DNA of 36,312 nt, taken from contig CAYTJL010000078.1 in the NCBI GenBank assembly GCA_964437785.1, positions 1 to 36,312 of the forward strand, given 5' to 3'. The notes under the pieces were generated by a model. It ran no database searches. It saw only the letters and a program-made list of their open reading frames with translations, and was not told where the DNA came from. The stretch comes from an uncultured Polyangiaceae bacterium. GTDB taxonomy: Bacteria; Myxococcota_A; Polyangia; Polyangiales; Polyangiaceae. How positions within the stretch are numbered: position 1 is the stretch's first letter; every line of letters begins with the position of its first letter. This document shows, piece by piece, positions 17,379 through 26,079 of the stretch. The position numbers and the translations under genes were made by a program.

Positions 17379-18041
17379 TCAGTTGACGTCGCGCGGATCG
17401 GACGACAGCGCGAGGTGCTGCAGCGCGAGCACCTCGGCGACGCGGCGGACACGATCGCGCGCGTCGAGCATCTCGAGGACCGCTTGTCGCTCGCGCACGT
17501 CGAGCACGAGCTGGTGCGCGCACAGATCCGCGAGCGCGTGGGCCGGCGCGTCTTTGGGCAGCGAGAGCTCGAGCTCGGGATCGCGCTCGCGCACGCGCGC
17601 GGCGAACGCGCCCGCGGCGGAGAGCATGGTCGAGATGTCGGCCGGCGAGACGTCCTTCTTGCCTTCGAGCACGGTCGCGCGCGCCCTGCGATAAGGCGTC
17701 TTTGGCTTGCCCGTGGCCTCGTCCACGAAGGGCAGCTCGTGGAGCCGCACGCGCGCGACGCCCTTCACCAAGACGTTGTAGCGACCGCTCGGCAGCTCCA
17801 CGTGATCGACGATGATCCCTGCGCCCGCGACCTCGGCGATGGGCGGGTGACCGTGCTCGTCGGCGCCGGCGGGATCGGTGATGAGCACGATCGCGAGCGC
17901 GCGGTGCGTGTCGAGCGCGTGGCGGATCATCACGCGATAACGAGGCTCGAAGATGTGCAGCGGCATGAGCGCGCCGGGGAGCAGGACGGCGGGCAGCGGG
18001 AAGAGCGGCAGCTCCGGGAGCGCGGTGGCGAGATCAACCAT
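17379..18041 (-). CDS. Stand-alone Lon N-terminal (LON substrate-binding) domain protein
   Basis: LPLFPLPAVLLPGALMPLHIFEPRYRVMI and ...RYNVLVKGVARVRL...ERQAVLEMLDARDRVRRVAEVL match the Lon N-domain (E. coli Lon [27 protein letters not shown]...KQSVLEMSDVNERLEYL). There is no AAA+ or protease part. Confidence 0.72.
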   Translation of the reverse strand: MVDLATALPELPLFPLPAVLLPGALMPLHIFEPRYRVMIRHALDTHRALAIVLITDPAGADEHGHPPIAEVAGAGIIVDHVELPSGRYNVLVKGVARVRLHELPFVDEATGKPKTPYRRARATVLEGKKDVSPADISTMLSAAGAFAARVRERDPELELSLPKDAPAHALADLCAHQLVLDVRERQAVLEMLDARDRVRRVAEVLALQHLALSSDPRDVN

Positions 18042-18609
18042 GGGTGCCCGCGTTGGACGCGACGAACGACGCGAAGAGCACGTCGCGCGCCCAGAGCGGG
18101 CCGCTCCAATGAAAGGTCTCGACGACCGCGCCGGTCTTGCGCTCGCCGCGCGCGACCAAGCACGTGTGCGTGAGCGCGAGCTTGCACGCCGCGGCCTCGG
18201 CGCCGAGCTCTTTGACGATCAGCTCGACCAACGTGTCGCCGATGCGCTCTTGCAGCGTGAGGCGGCGCGACAACGCGTCGAGCACGTGCGCGATGGTCCC
18301 GAGCCCCGCCATGCGCTTCCCCGGCAAGTACGCGACGGTCCCTTTGCCCACCGCGGGCAACAGGTGATGCGGGCACATGGTCGAGACCGCGAGATCGCGC
18401 ACCACCACGAGACCGCGCGCGTGATGCTCGGCGTTGAGCGCGCCTTCGCGCAGGAGCGCGGCCGCGTCGATGGACTCGCCTTCGAGCAAATCGTCCGCCC
18501 ACGCATCCGCGACGCGCTCGGGGGTGCCCGCGAGATCACCCGTGGGCTCGCGCCCGATCGCGCGCAAGAAGTCCTCGATCGCCCGCGCTGCGGCCCTTCG
18601 ATCCACCAT
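18034..18609 (-). CDS. folE: GTP cyclohydrolase I
   Basis: STMCPHHLLPAVGKGTVAYLPGKRMAGLGTIAHVLDALSRRLTLQERIGDTL matches FolE (E. coli [20 protein letters not shown]...GLSKINRIV...QERL). It overlaps the Lon-N gene by 8 bp. Confidence 0.85.
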   Translation of the reverse strand: MVDRRAAARAIEDFLRAIGREPTGDLAGTPERVADAWADDLLEGESIDAAALLREGALNAEHHARGLVVVRDLAVSTMCPHHLLPAVGKGTVAYLPGKRMAGLGTIAHVLDALSRRLTLQERIGDTLVELIVKELGAEAAACKLALTHTCLVARGERKTGAVVETFHWSGPLWARDVLFASFVASNAGTHG

Positions 18610-18627
18610 CGTGAGCCGTACTCTAAA

Positions 18628-19110
18628 CTATTTTTGCTCGGCCTCTGCCGCCGGACGCGCTTCGTTCGTGGTGGCCCACAGGACCTTCATGCTGCGCGGC
18701 AAGCTGGGGCGCGACGAGAGCGTCTGGCACGTGCCGCACGAAGAGGGGAAGAGCCCGTCCGTACACGTGATGCACGTCGACATGATGTCTGCCGTCTCGG
18801 TGAGATCGGCGCGGAGGCGCGCGAGCACCTCGAGCTTCTCTTTGAGCTCGTCGATGCGCTGCGTGAGCGCGCGGACGGCCTCCTGCGCGGCCTCTCCTGC
18901 GTTCTTGCCGCTCTCTTTGAGCGCCAGGATGTGCTTGATCTCGTCGAGCGAGAGGCCCGCGAGCCGCAGATCCGTAACCAACATCAACCGATCGAGCTCC
19001 TCGCGACCGAAGAGGCGGTGACCCCCTTCGGTGCGTTTTGCAGGCCGCAAAATACCCTCCTCTTCGTAGAAGCGGACCGTGCGCAGCGTGTTGCTGGAAC
19101 ACCGCGCCAT
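18628..19110 (-). CDS. MerR-family transcriptional regulator with C-terminal CxxC-x10-CxxC motif
   Basis: From the internal ATG at 19110: MARCSSNTLRTVRFYEEEGILRPAKRTEGGHRLFGREELDRLMLVTDLRLAGLSLDEIKHIL is a MerR HTH plus dimerisation helix. The tail is CITCTDGLFPSSCGTCQ. The upstream 41 codons of the six-frame ORF are probably not translated. Confidence 0.72.
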   Translation of the reverse strand: MARCSSNTLRTVRFYEEEGILRPAKRTEGGHRLFGREELDRLMLVTDLRLAGLSLDEIKHILALKESGKNAGEAAQEAVRALTQRIDELKEKLEVLARLRADLTETADIMSTCITCTDGLFPSSCGTCQTLSSRPSLPRSMKVLWATTNEARPAAEAEQK

Positions 19111-19341
19111 GTCGCCTGTGGTCAGGAGTGAAGAGGTTTCGCCGTGGGATCCACGGCGCTCGGTTTCAGGTTGAGCTCTCACGACAATACGAAAGGGTAG
19201 GTTTTCACCACCTTGGGTGTCAAGCTCGCTCACCCCTTTTTCCCTTTTTAAATCCCTTGAAAATAAGAGTCAGGAAGGACAAAGGGCCGAGTGGAGCCCA
19301 ACGAAAAATTCTAACGTACCGTAAGAGCCGGCCGAAGAGCG
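19111..19341. promoter_or_regulatory. AT-richer intergenic region: likely terminator zone of the hydrolase gene plus promoter/operator of the MerR-folE-LonN unit
   Basis: There is a local GC drop (cccctttttccctttttaaatcccttgaaaataagag). A minus-strand TTGACA lies near 19219-19224, embedded in partially symmetric sequence (caccaccttgggtg). Confidence 0.3.
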
Positions 19342-21336
19342 CTAATCCGCTGGATAAGCAGGCTGAACGGTCGCGTGAGCGTTCGGGGAGGCGAGCCCAG
19401 ATGCGAAGAAGAACACATATTGGGCTTGGCCTTCAGACGAGAAGATGAGCCCACCGTGCTCAGCGGTCATTCCATCCATCGTATCGAACTGGCTGATCGC
19501 GCCGGTCGCGCCGCCGGGGAGGTTATTTTCGAGCGGTGATACGGCCGATGCGAGGCCCGAGATGGGCCGAATCGGGTCGATCAGCGTGAGCCCGGCCGCG
19601 CGGGCGAGCGCTTCGCTCGTGGAGTTCGGGACGATTCCATCGTCGATGACCATCTGAATCAACATGTCGCGTGGGGCCCAATTGGGGACGAACGGGGGCC
19701 TCTCCAGCGCCCCATAACGCGCATAGTTGATGGGATCGCCGGGGTCGACGAGCGCTTGTGTCGCCGCGAAAAAGCGGCCAAGCGCGCCGTCTGTCGTCCC
19801 GGGGGGCTTGAGCCCATTGACCATCAGGCTAAAGAGCCCCGAGTCGCGGATGAGCATCATCAAGCTGTCTCCGCCTACGTTCCACACGGCCCTTTTGATC
19901 TCGGGCGCGAGCGCGAACACCGCCGGGCCCTGCACGGATCCAAACGAATGACCGATGTACATGAGCTGTGAAGGATCGAGATCGGGGACGCCGTCCGGCG
20001 CGCCGATGGGCAGCAAATCGAGCGACCCGAGCGCGCCCACGAGGCGCACCAGCTCCAGCTGATCCGCGGTCATTTGCCGGAAATTGTCGCGCGCGCGCGT
20101 GATGTCGAAGGCCCCAGTCGCGAAGTCGACGCCGAAGAAGCGGCTGATCTGCGCGATGGACGTGGCCCCTTCGGGCGCCCGCGAGCCGTGCTCGGGTGAG
20201 TCGATGGCGATCACCGCGACGCCGAGCGAGGCGAGCCGCTCGGCCGTCCCCCAACAACCATCTTTGTCGCCGCCGAGGCCGTGTTGAAAGATGACGACGG
20301 GCCGCGGCCCGCTCGCGGTCGCGTCCGAGAAGGCCAAAAACACCTCCAAGTCGACGGCCTCTTGCGCGACGGGCGCCCCGTCCGGCCCCTCATCCCACGT
20401 GCCGGTCGGGAGCGGTCTGCGGTAGTCGGGCGAGGTGAACCGCGCCTTGAACCGCGCGCGCCCATCCGCTTGCAGCGGCGTCTCGATCGTCCACCCGGAC
20501 GTGATCGCGGGCGGGGGCCGCTCCCTCGCGCGCTTCGCCATCGCGAACGATCCCCGCGTGACGCTCGCGGTGGTGAACACGGTCGCGAGCGCGAGGTGAT
20601 CGCGCGCCGGGCCGCCGGTCCCTTCGAGCACGTCGAGCCCTGCACGGACGTCGCTCGCGTACGCGCTCGACGCGGTCCCGTCGAGGATCGCTTTCATATC
20701 GGGCGAAGGCCCCACGCGCCCGCCGTCGGCCGCGGGGAGCGCGTCGGTCACGACCGCCAGGTAGCGCGTCGCGGGCTGGAGCGGCTCCGCGGGCATGAGC
20801 ACCAACGTGTAGTCCGCCTCGGCAAAATCGACGTCCGCGGGCTGCGCCCAAAAGCGCGGGACGATGCCGTGGAGCTTGCCCCTCTCGGGCGAGCTCGGGT
20901 CCACGTTGACGAGATAAAAGGGCGATCCCGGCTCTTTGTACGCCGACGCGTCGCGCGGCGGATCGAGGATGGGAGGGTCGGCGCGCTCGTCGATGACGAT
21001 GCCGCGCACGTCGATCGCGCCCGACAAAACGACCGCGACGCCGCCCGCGGTCGAGAAGCCGTCCATCGCGTTGAGCTGCGCGATCGTGCTCGGATACGCG
21101 AGCGCCAGGGGATCGTGGGTGACGTCCGGGCCGAGCGCGAGGCGAAGCCCGGTGGGGGTGCTCTCATCCGGCGCCGTGAAGCGATCCGAAGGGTAAGGCG
21201 CGAGGACGGTGTCGGGCGCGTCGGTGTAGCGCGCGGTCACCGTAATCGGGATCTCCTTCGGCGGAGGAGGGATCTCATCGGCGCAGCCCGCGAGCGCGAG
21301 CGCGACGAGCGGTAGAGAGATGGCTCGGCGAAGCAT
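19342..21336 (-). CDS. Secreted lipoprotein, alpha/beta-hydrolase fold (esterase/lipase-like), 664 aa
   Basis: MLRRAISLPLVALALAGCADE (lipobox LAG-C). VIFQHGLGGDKDGCWGTAERLASLGVAVIAIDSPEHG and the nucleophile elbow YIGHSFGSVQG (GHSxG). Confidence 0.7.
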   Translation of the reverse strand: MLRRAISLPLVALALAGCADEIPPPPKEIPITVTARYTDAPDTVLAPYPSDRFTAPDESTPTGLRLALGPDVTHDPLALAYPSTIAQLNAMDGFSTAGGVAVVLSGAIDVRGIVIDERADPPILDPPRDASAYKEPGSPFYLVNVDPSSPERGKLHGIVPRFWAQPADVDFAEADYTLVLMPAEPLQPATRYLAVVTDALPAADGGRVGPSPDMKAILDGTASSAYASDVRAGLDVLEGTGGPARDHLALATVFTTASVTRGSFAMAKRARERPPPAITSGWTIETPLQADGRARFKARFTSPDYRRPLPTGTWDEGPDGAPVAQEAVDLEVFLAFSDATASGPRPVVIFQHGLGGDKDGCWGTAERLASLGVAVIAIDSPEHGSRAPEGATSIAQISRFFGVDFATGAFDITRARDNFRQMTADQLELVRLVGALGSLDLLPIGAPDGVPDLDPSQLMYIGHSFGSVQGPAVFALAPEIKRAVWNVGGDSLMMLIRDSGLFSLMVNGLKPPGTTDGALGRFFAATQALVDPGDPINYARYGALERPPFVPNWAPRDMLIQMVIDDGIVPNSTSEALARAAGLTLIDPIRPISGLASAVSPLENNLPGGATGAISQFDTMDGMTAEHGGLIFSSEGQAQYVFFFASGLASPNAHATVQPAYPAD

Positions 21337-21365
21337 GGGCCGATGGTATAAGGGGCCGGCACTTC

Positions 21366-22073
21366 ATGGCGACGTGGTCCCGGTCCATCGCTCTGTCCTT
21401 CGTGTGCGCGACCGCGCTTACGGGCGTCGCGCGCGCGGAAGACAAGGCGAAGCCCGCCAACGCCGCCAAGGTCGCGGCCCCCGAGGAGCCCAAGCCTCAA
21501 ACGCCCGATCGATCGTGGGAGAAGGCGAAGGCCACGCGGCGCAGCGGCTTCCTCGTGGGCCTCACGATCGGCGCGGGCGTCACGAGCATCGCGGGCTACC
21601 CGAACGACGCCAAGCTCATCGGCAAAGCGAGCGCGTACACCGAGACAGGCGCGCGCCCCGGGGGAATGGGCTTGCTCTGGCTCGGCGGCGCGATCACCGA
21701 CTACCTCAACTTCGGCGTCGGCTTCGGCGGCGGTCAGCTCTTCTTCTCAGGAGCAGGCGACAAAGCGCAGAGCTTCTCGCTGTCGTTCCGGGCCGAGGTC
21801 TTTCCGCTCTTCCCGTTGGGCGGCAAGCTGCGCGACCTCGGCATCTTCTTCGAGGGCGGCACGGGCCCGGTGTCAGTCGCCGACAAGGACGACAAAAAGC
21901 TCGTCGATGGGGCGCTCTGCTCGTACTTCGGCGGAGGCGCTTTTTACGAGGCGTTTCGCTTGTGGCGCTTCGCGATGGGGCCGGTGCTCGCGGGCAATTA
22001 CATGTGGAGCAGCACCGCGCGGAGGCCGGGGTTGTTCATCGGCCTCCGAACGGTGCTCTACACAGGGCCGTGA
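21366..22073 (+). CDS. Secreted/outer-membrane hypothetical protein (Gly/aromatic-rich, beta-barrel-like)
   Basis: Signal peptide MATWSRSIALSFVCATALTGVARA-ED. Alternating Gly/aromatic stretches (LNFGVGFGGGQLFFSGAG; FGGGAFYEAF). Confidence 0.45.
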   Translation: MATWSRSIALSFVCATALTGVARAEDKAKPANAAKVAAPEEPKPQTPDRSWEKAKATRRSGFLVGLTIGAGVTSIAGYPNDAKLIGKASAYTETGARPGGMGLLWLGGAITDYLNFGVGFGGGQLFFSGAGDKAQSFSLSFRAEVFPLFPLGGKLRDLGIFFEGGTGPVSVADKDDKKLVDGALCSYFGGGAFYEAFRLWRFAMGPVLAGNYMWSSTARRPGLFIGLRTVLYTGP

Positions 22074-22097
22074 CGATCGCCGCGCTGTGTTGATACG

Positions 22098-22943
22098 TTG
22101 GCGCGCATGACGACCAAGGCCCATCGCATCGCTGCTCTCGTCGCGTTCTCTGCGCTCTCCGCCGCCGCGGGCGGGTGCGGCATCACCGGCTCGCTCGGCA
22201 AAGCGGCGTGCCCCGAGATCGGCGCGGGTCGCGACGTCCTCGCCGGCAACTTCGCCGCCGACGCGCGGGTCAACGCCAAGGTCCGCACCTTCGTGCAAGC
22301 GGCCAACGATCTGGCCGGCGTCGCAGGGCAAATCGAGACCGAGGTCGCGCACGCGTGCCTGCGGATGGGCGCGGACCTCGGCGTGTCGCAGACCGCGATG
22401 GCCGCCAAGAAGGAGCCCGGCGGTCGCGCGAGCGGCGCGTGTGAGCCGGTCCTTCAAGCGATCGATCAGATCCTGCGCGCGGGCGTCGTGGTCCAGGTCT
22501 CGGTCACGCCGCCCGTCTGCCAAGCGAGCGCGCAGGCGAGCGCGCAGTGCCAAGGCGCGTGCTCCGCGAGCCCGGGCGACGCGGAGTGCGGCGCGAGCTG
22601 TCAAGCGCACGCCAACGTGCACGCGTCATGTACGCCCGCGGTGGTGACGGTCAACGCGCAGACGGGCGACCCGCGCGCGCAGCGGCTCGTGACGACGCTC
22701 CAGCAAAATCTTCCCGTGCTCATCCACGCCGAGATCGCCCTTGGAAAGCGCTTGATCCACGACGGTCAGGTCATCGCCAAGGTCGGCGCGAACCTCCCGA
22801 AGATCGTCGGGCAAGCGGGCGTGCACGCGCTCGGCTGCATCGGCGCGGCGGTCGAGGCCTCTGCGTCCGCGAGCATTCAGATCAACGTGAGCGTGCAAGC
22901 GAGCTTCAAGGTCACGAGCCGCGTGGGCGCCTCCCACGGATAA
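22098..22943 (+). CDS. Cys-rich hypothetical lipoprotein
   Basis: AALVAFSALSAAAGGCG (lipobox AGG-C). Cys-rich middle (CQASAQASAQCQGACSASPGDAECGASCQAHANVHASC). Confidence 0.45.
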   Translation: MARMTTKAHRIAALVAFSALSAAAGGCGITGSLGKAACPEIGAGRDVLAGNFAADARVNAKVRTFVQAANDLAGVAGQIETEVAHACLRMGADLGVSQTAMAAKKEPGGRASGACEPVLQAIDQILRAGVVVQVSVTPPVCQASAQASAQCQGACSASPGDAECGASCQAHANVHASCTPAVVTVNAQTGDPRAQRLVTTLQQNLPVLIHAEIALGKRLIHDGQVIAKVGANLPKIVGQAGVHALGCIGAAVEASASASIQINVSVQASFKVTSRVGASHG

Positions 22944-22951
22944 CAACGACG

Positions 22952-24886
22952 TTATCGGCGGACGCGCTCGCGATCGCGCTGCGCGACCGACGCAGGCCCG
23001 CCGATCGCGCGGAGCGCCTTGCACACGACGCTGTCGGCGCACGGCCCGACCCTGTTGCTAGGGCTGGGCCAAGGCACCTCGCGCACGAGCGCGGGATCGC
23101 GCACGTCGGGCCCGCGCCAAGGTTCGAGCGCGCGGATCAGGTGCGCCTCGCGCTCGCCTGTGGATGGCAACGAGAGACGCACGCTCGGCGTGATGCCGAC
23201 CTTCTGCACCGGAGCTCCGTCGGGCAAGCTGAAGATCAGCGTGGTCAAGCGCAGCACGCCCATGTGCGTGTCGTCGTCCAGGTACTCCTGCGCGCAGCCT
23301 TTGCCATAGGTCTTGTCGCCCACCACCACGGCGCGGCGATAGGCGCCGAGCGCGCCCGCGATCATCTCGGCGGCGCTCGCGGTGTCGCCGTCGACGAGCA
23401 CCGCGAGCGGGCCGGCGTAACGACGATCGGCGGCGCCTTCGGGCGCGCGCTCCATCTCGATGACGCCGTCCCTGCGGCGCATGGGGAAGAGCGCGGCGCC
23501 GGGGATCAAGAGGCCGAGCGCGTCGGCAGCGCCGTCGGTGGAGCCGCCGCCGTTGGCGCGCAGATCGAGCATCACGCCGCGAAGATCCTGGTGCTGCTTG
23601 GCGAGCGCGAGCGCGTCGCCGAGCCTCGCGCCGAGATCGTCCGGCACGTCCGCGGCCGTGATGAGCGCGACCGTCCCTTCGCCGTAGCGCACGAAATCGA
23701 TCGGCAAATCGGCCGTACCCGTGCTCACCGCCGCGACCTTGGCGGCCGGCGCGACGACGAGCTCCTTCGGTCCGGCGGCGCCTTTGCGCAGGACGGTCAC
23801 GCGCACGGGGGAGCCCGAGCGCGCCTCCGCGATGACCGCGAGCTGCTCGGACTGCTCCACGCTGATGCCTGCGAGCGGCACATCGCGGACTCGAAGCACC
23901 AGGTCGCCGTCTTCGAGCGGAGGGAGCGCGCCGCGCTCGATCCTCGCCCCGAGGACCGCGCGGCTCATCTCCGACCAGATCCGCTCGGGGGGCGAAGACT
24001 CGAGCGCGAGGTCGTAAATCGACAGCTCCTCTTCGAGCGGCGCCCACGCGCCGTGCGCGTCGATCTGCGGGACGTACGCGCGCACCGCCGCGGCGAGCAC
24101 CACGCGCGACCACGTCGCGGCGTCGAAGCTCGGCGCGGTCCGCTCGCGCGCCGCCTCGATGTAAGGGCCCATCGATTTGCCGAAGACGCCCCGCGCGACG
24201 CCTGCGTCGCGGCCGATCCTCCGCGCCAGCTCGCGCGCCGTGTGCGTGAGCGGGCCCTCTTGGAACGGGATCGACGACGCCGCTCCGAACGCGTCGCTGA
24301 GCCGGAGCGCGCTCGCCTCACCGGCGCCCTCCTGCGCCCCTTCGTCGAAGATCAACGCCAGCTCCCCGGACCACGCTTGGAGGTCCTTGCCCAGCGCTTC
24401 GGCCGTCGAGCACGGGCCCGATCCGGCCGGCGCTTCGAGCTCGGTGAGGAGGCGTTCACGGGCTTTGCGCACCGTGGCCGCGACCGGAGCGTCGGGGGCC
24501 GCGGACCAAAGCCCGTTGGGATCGAGCCAGTCGATCAAGCCCTCGGCAAACTTTGCGGCGTCGATCGGCGGAGGATCGGACGCGAGGGTGCTGCGCGCCT
24601 GACGGACGATGCCGCGTGCGTCCTCGCAGGTGATGGATGCAGGTTTGCCGGACGGCAACGCGAGGCCGTGATCCGCGTTGAGCTGATCGGCCTGCGGCGG
24701 CTCGGCCTCGGCCACGACGCCGAGCCGCGCCTTGGCGACGCTCTCCGCGACGCCCTTCCGCGCCGCCTCGAAGGCGGGCTCGCAGGTCTCGGCCAGCGAT
24801 TGACGCTCGATCGAGCGGATCGAGAGCCCGATCAGAGCGGACCCCGTGAGGACCGAGGCGAGCGAAATGGCGATGCGCCGCCGCAC
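22952..24886 (-). CDS. S41-family C-terminal processing peptidase (tail-specific protease)
   Basis: GVMLDLRANGGGS, LAVLVDGDTASAAEMIAGAL and VVVGDKTYGKGCAQ are S41 signature blocks containing the catalytic Ser and Lys. N-terminal TM/signal MRRRIAISLASVLTGSALIGL. Confidence 0.8.
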   Translation of the reverse strand: MRRRIAISLASVLTGSALIGLSIRSIERQSLAETCEPAFEAARKGVAESVAKARLGVVAEAEPPQADQLNADHGLALPSGKPASITCEDARGIVRQARSTLASDPPPIDAAKFAEGLIDWLDPNGLWSAAPDAPVAATVRKARERLLTELEAPAGSGPCSTAEALGKDLQAWSGELALIFDEGAQEGAGEASALRLSDAFGAASSIPFQEGPLTHTARELARRIGRDAGVARGVFGKSMGPYIEAARERTAPSFDAATWSRVVLAAAVRAYVPQIDAHGAWAPLEEELSIYDLALESSPPERIWSEMSRAVLGARIERGALPPLEDGDLVLRVRDVPLAGISVEQSEQLAVIAEARSGSPVRVTVLRKGAAGPKELVVAPAAKVAAVSTGTADLPIDFVRYGEGTVALITAADVPDDLGARLGDALALAKQHQDLRGVMLDLRANGGGSTDGAADALGLLIPGAALFPMRRRDGVIEMERAPEGAADRRYAGPLAVLVDGDTASAAEMIAGALGAYRRAVVVGDKTYGKGCAQEYLDDDTHMGVLRLTTLIFSLPDGAPVQKVGITPSVRLSLPSTGEREAHLIRALEPWRGPDVRDPALVREVPWPSPSNRVGPCADSVVCKALRAIGGPASVAQRDRERVRR

Positions 24887-25197
24887 GCTCTCTTCATATC
24901 ACGCACGCTCGCCGAGAGAGAAAGGTGGGGCCGAAACAGACATTGTGTTGACACGAACACCACGCTCGGGGGTGCTTCGAGAGGCCGCTCGTTAGGGCGC
25001 TTCGAGATGCCCGCAAAGGTTGCGTTCTTGCTCGGGACCTCCCTCCGAGCTTGCGCGCTTTTTTGAGCCCTCGCGCAAAAGCCCACGCAACACGGTGCAA
25101 ATCGCGCGCGGCATCGACCCTGCATTACGCGCGTGTGCGCACGCCTTCGGCACGAAACGCGGGGAGCGACGGGACCTCGGGCGCGCGCGGAGGGCAC

Positions 25198-26025
25198 ATG
25201 CGTACGGCCACGGAGCGCGCGTCATTGTCGGTTTATCGGTCTGAGCTCGGAGGGAGGCTCACCCTCACGCCGGAGGTCGAGCGCGATCTTGCCGCTCGCT
25301 GGCGCGCCGGCGATCGCGACGCCGGCCGGAGGCTCGTCGAGGCGTGCCTCTCGTTCGTCATGACCATCGCGCTCGAATATCGCCGCTGGGGCCTGCCCAT
25401 CGAGGACATCGTTCAAGAGGGCAACATCGGTCTCCTCAAGGCCGCCGAGCGGTTCGACCCCGAAAAAGGCTGCCGGCTCGCCACCTACGCCGCGTACTGG
25501 ATCCGCGCCGAGATCCGCGAGTTCGTGGCGCGCGGCTACCGCATCGTGCGGCTCGGCTCGTCGAAGAGCGAGCGCCGCGCGCTGCGCATCTATCGCCGCA
25601 CGCACGAGAAGAGCCCCGAGGCGCTCGCGGAGCTGAGCGGCCTCTCGGCCGAGCGCGCGACCGAGCTGTTGCCGCTGCTCATGTCGCGCGACGTGAGCCT
25701 CGATCGCGTCCCCGAGGACGGCAAGGCCCCCATCGACAAGCTCACCGACGGCGCGCGATCGCCCGAGGAAGAGGCCTGCCTCTCGGACGAGCGATCGGCC
25801 ATCATCGAAGCGCTCCGGCAGGTCGTCAAGGAGCTCTCGCCGCGCGAGCGCGCCATCGTCGAGAGCCGATGGCTCACCGATCACCCGAAGACGCTCGAGC
25901 AGCTCGGCGAGACGTTCGGCGTGAGCAAGGAGCGCGTCCGCCAGCTCGAAGAGCGCGCCAAGAAGCTCATGCGCGAGCGCCTCACCGAGATCGTTGGCGA
26001 CGAGCCGCTCGCGCTCAGCGCGTGA
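25198..26025 (+). CDS. RNA polymerase sigma factor, RpoH (sigma-32)-like group 3
   Basis: It aligns along its length with E. coli RpoH: EDIVQEGNIGLLKAAERFDPEKG..ATYAAYWIRAEIREF (region 2), RIVRLGSSKSERRALRIYRR (RpoH box-like) and TLEQLGETFGVSKERVRQLEERAKKKL (region 4 HTH). I prefer the ATG at 25198 over the TTG at 25051 of the six-frame ORF. Confidence 0.8.
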   Translation: MRTATERASLSVYRSELGGRLTLTPEVERDLAARWRAGDRDAGRRLVEACLSFVMTIALEYRRWGLPIEDIVQEGNIGLLKAAERFDPEKGCRLATYAAYWIRAEIREFVARGYRIVRLGSSKSERRALRIYRRTHEKSPEALAELSGLSAERATELLPLLMSRDVSLDRVPEDGKAPIDKLTDGARSPEEEACLSDERSAIIEALRQVVKELSPRERAIVESRWLTDHPKTLEQLGETFGVSKERVRQLEERAKKLMRERLTEIVGDEPLALSA

Positions 26026-26079
26026 CGCGCGGGCCCTGATACGCTCAGCGGCCCCGCACACCACCGGAGGTCGCTTTCC

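Noticed and set aside
19234-19341. Possible small RNA or tRNA in the low-GC intergenic stretch
   Set aside because: No cloverleaf-compatible stems or conserved T-loop (GGTTCGAATCC-like) sequence found. No tRNA or rRNA signatures anywhere in the window.
19038-19448. 136-aa plus-strand ORF spanning the AT-richer intergenic region
   Set aside because: It runs through a region better explained as a terminator and promoter, overlaps the MerR start and the hydrolase 3' end, and its codon usage is atypical.
25051-25197. TTG-initiated 49-codon N-terminal extension of the sigma factor
   Set aside because: Alignment with RpoH begins about 10 residues after the ATG at 25198. The extension is Arg/Ala-rich, and it contains the inverted repeat better interpreted as a regulatory element.
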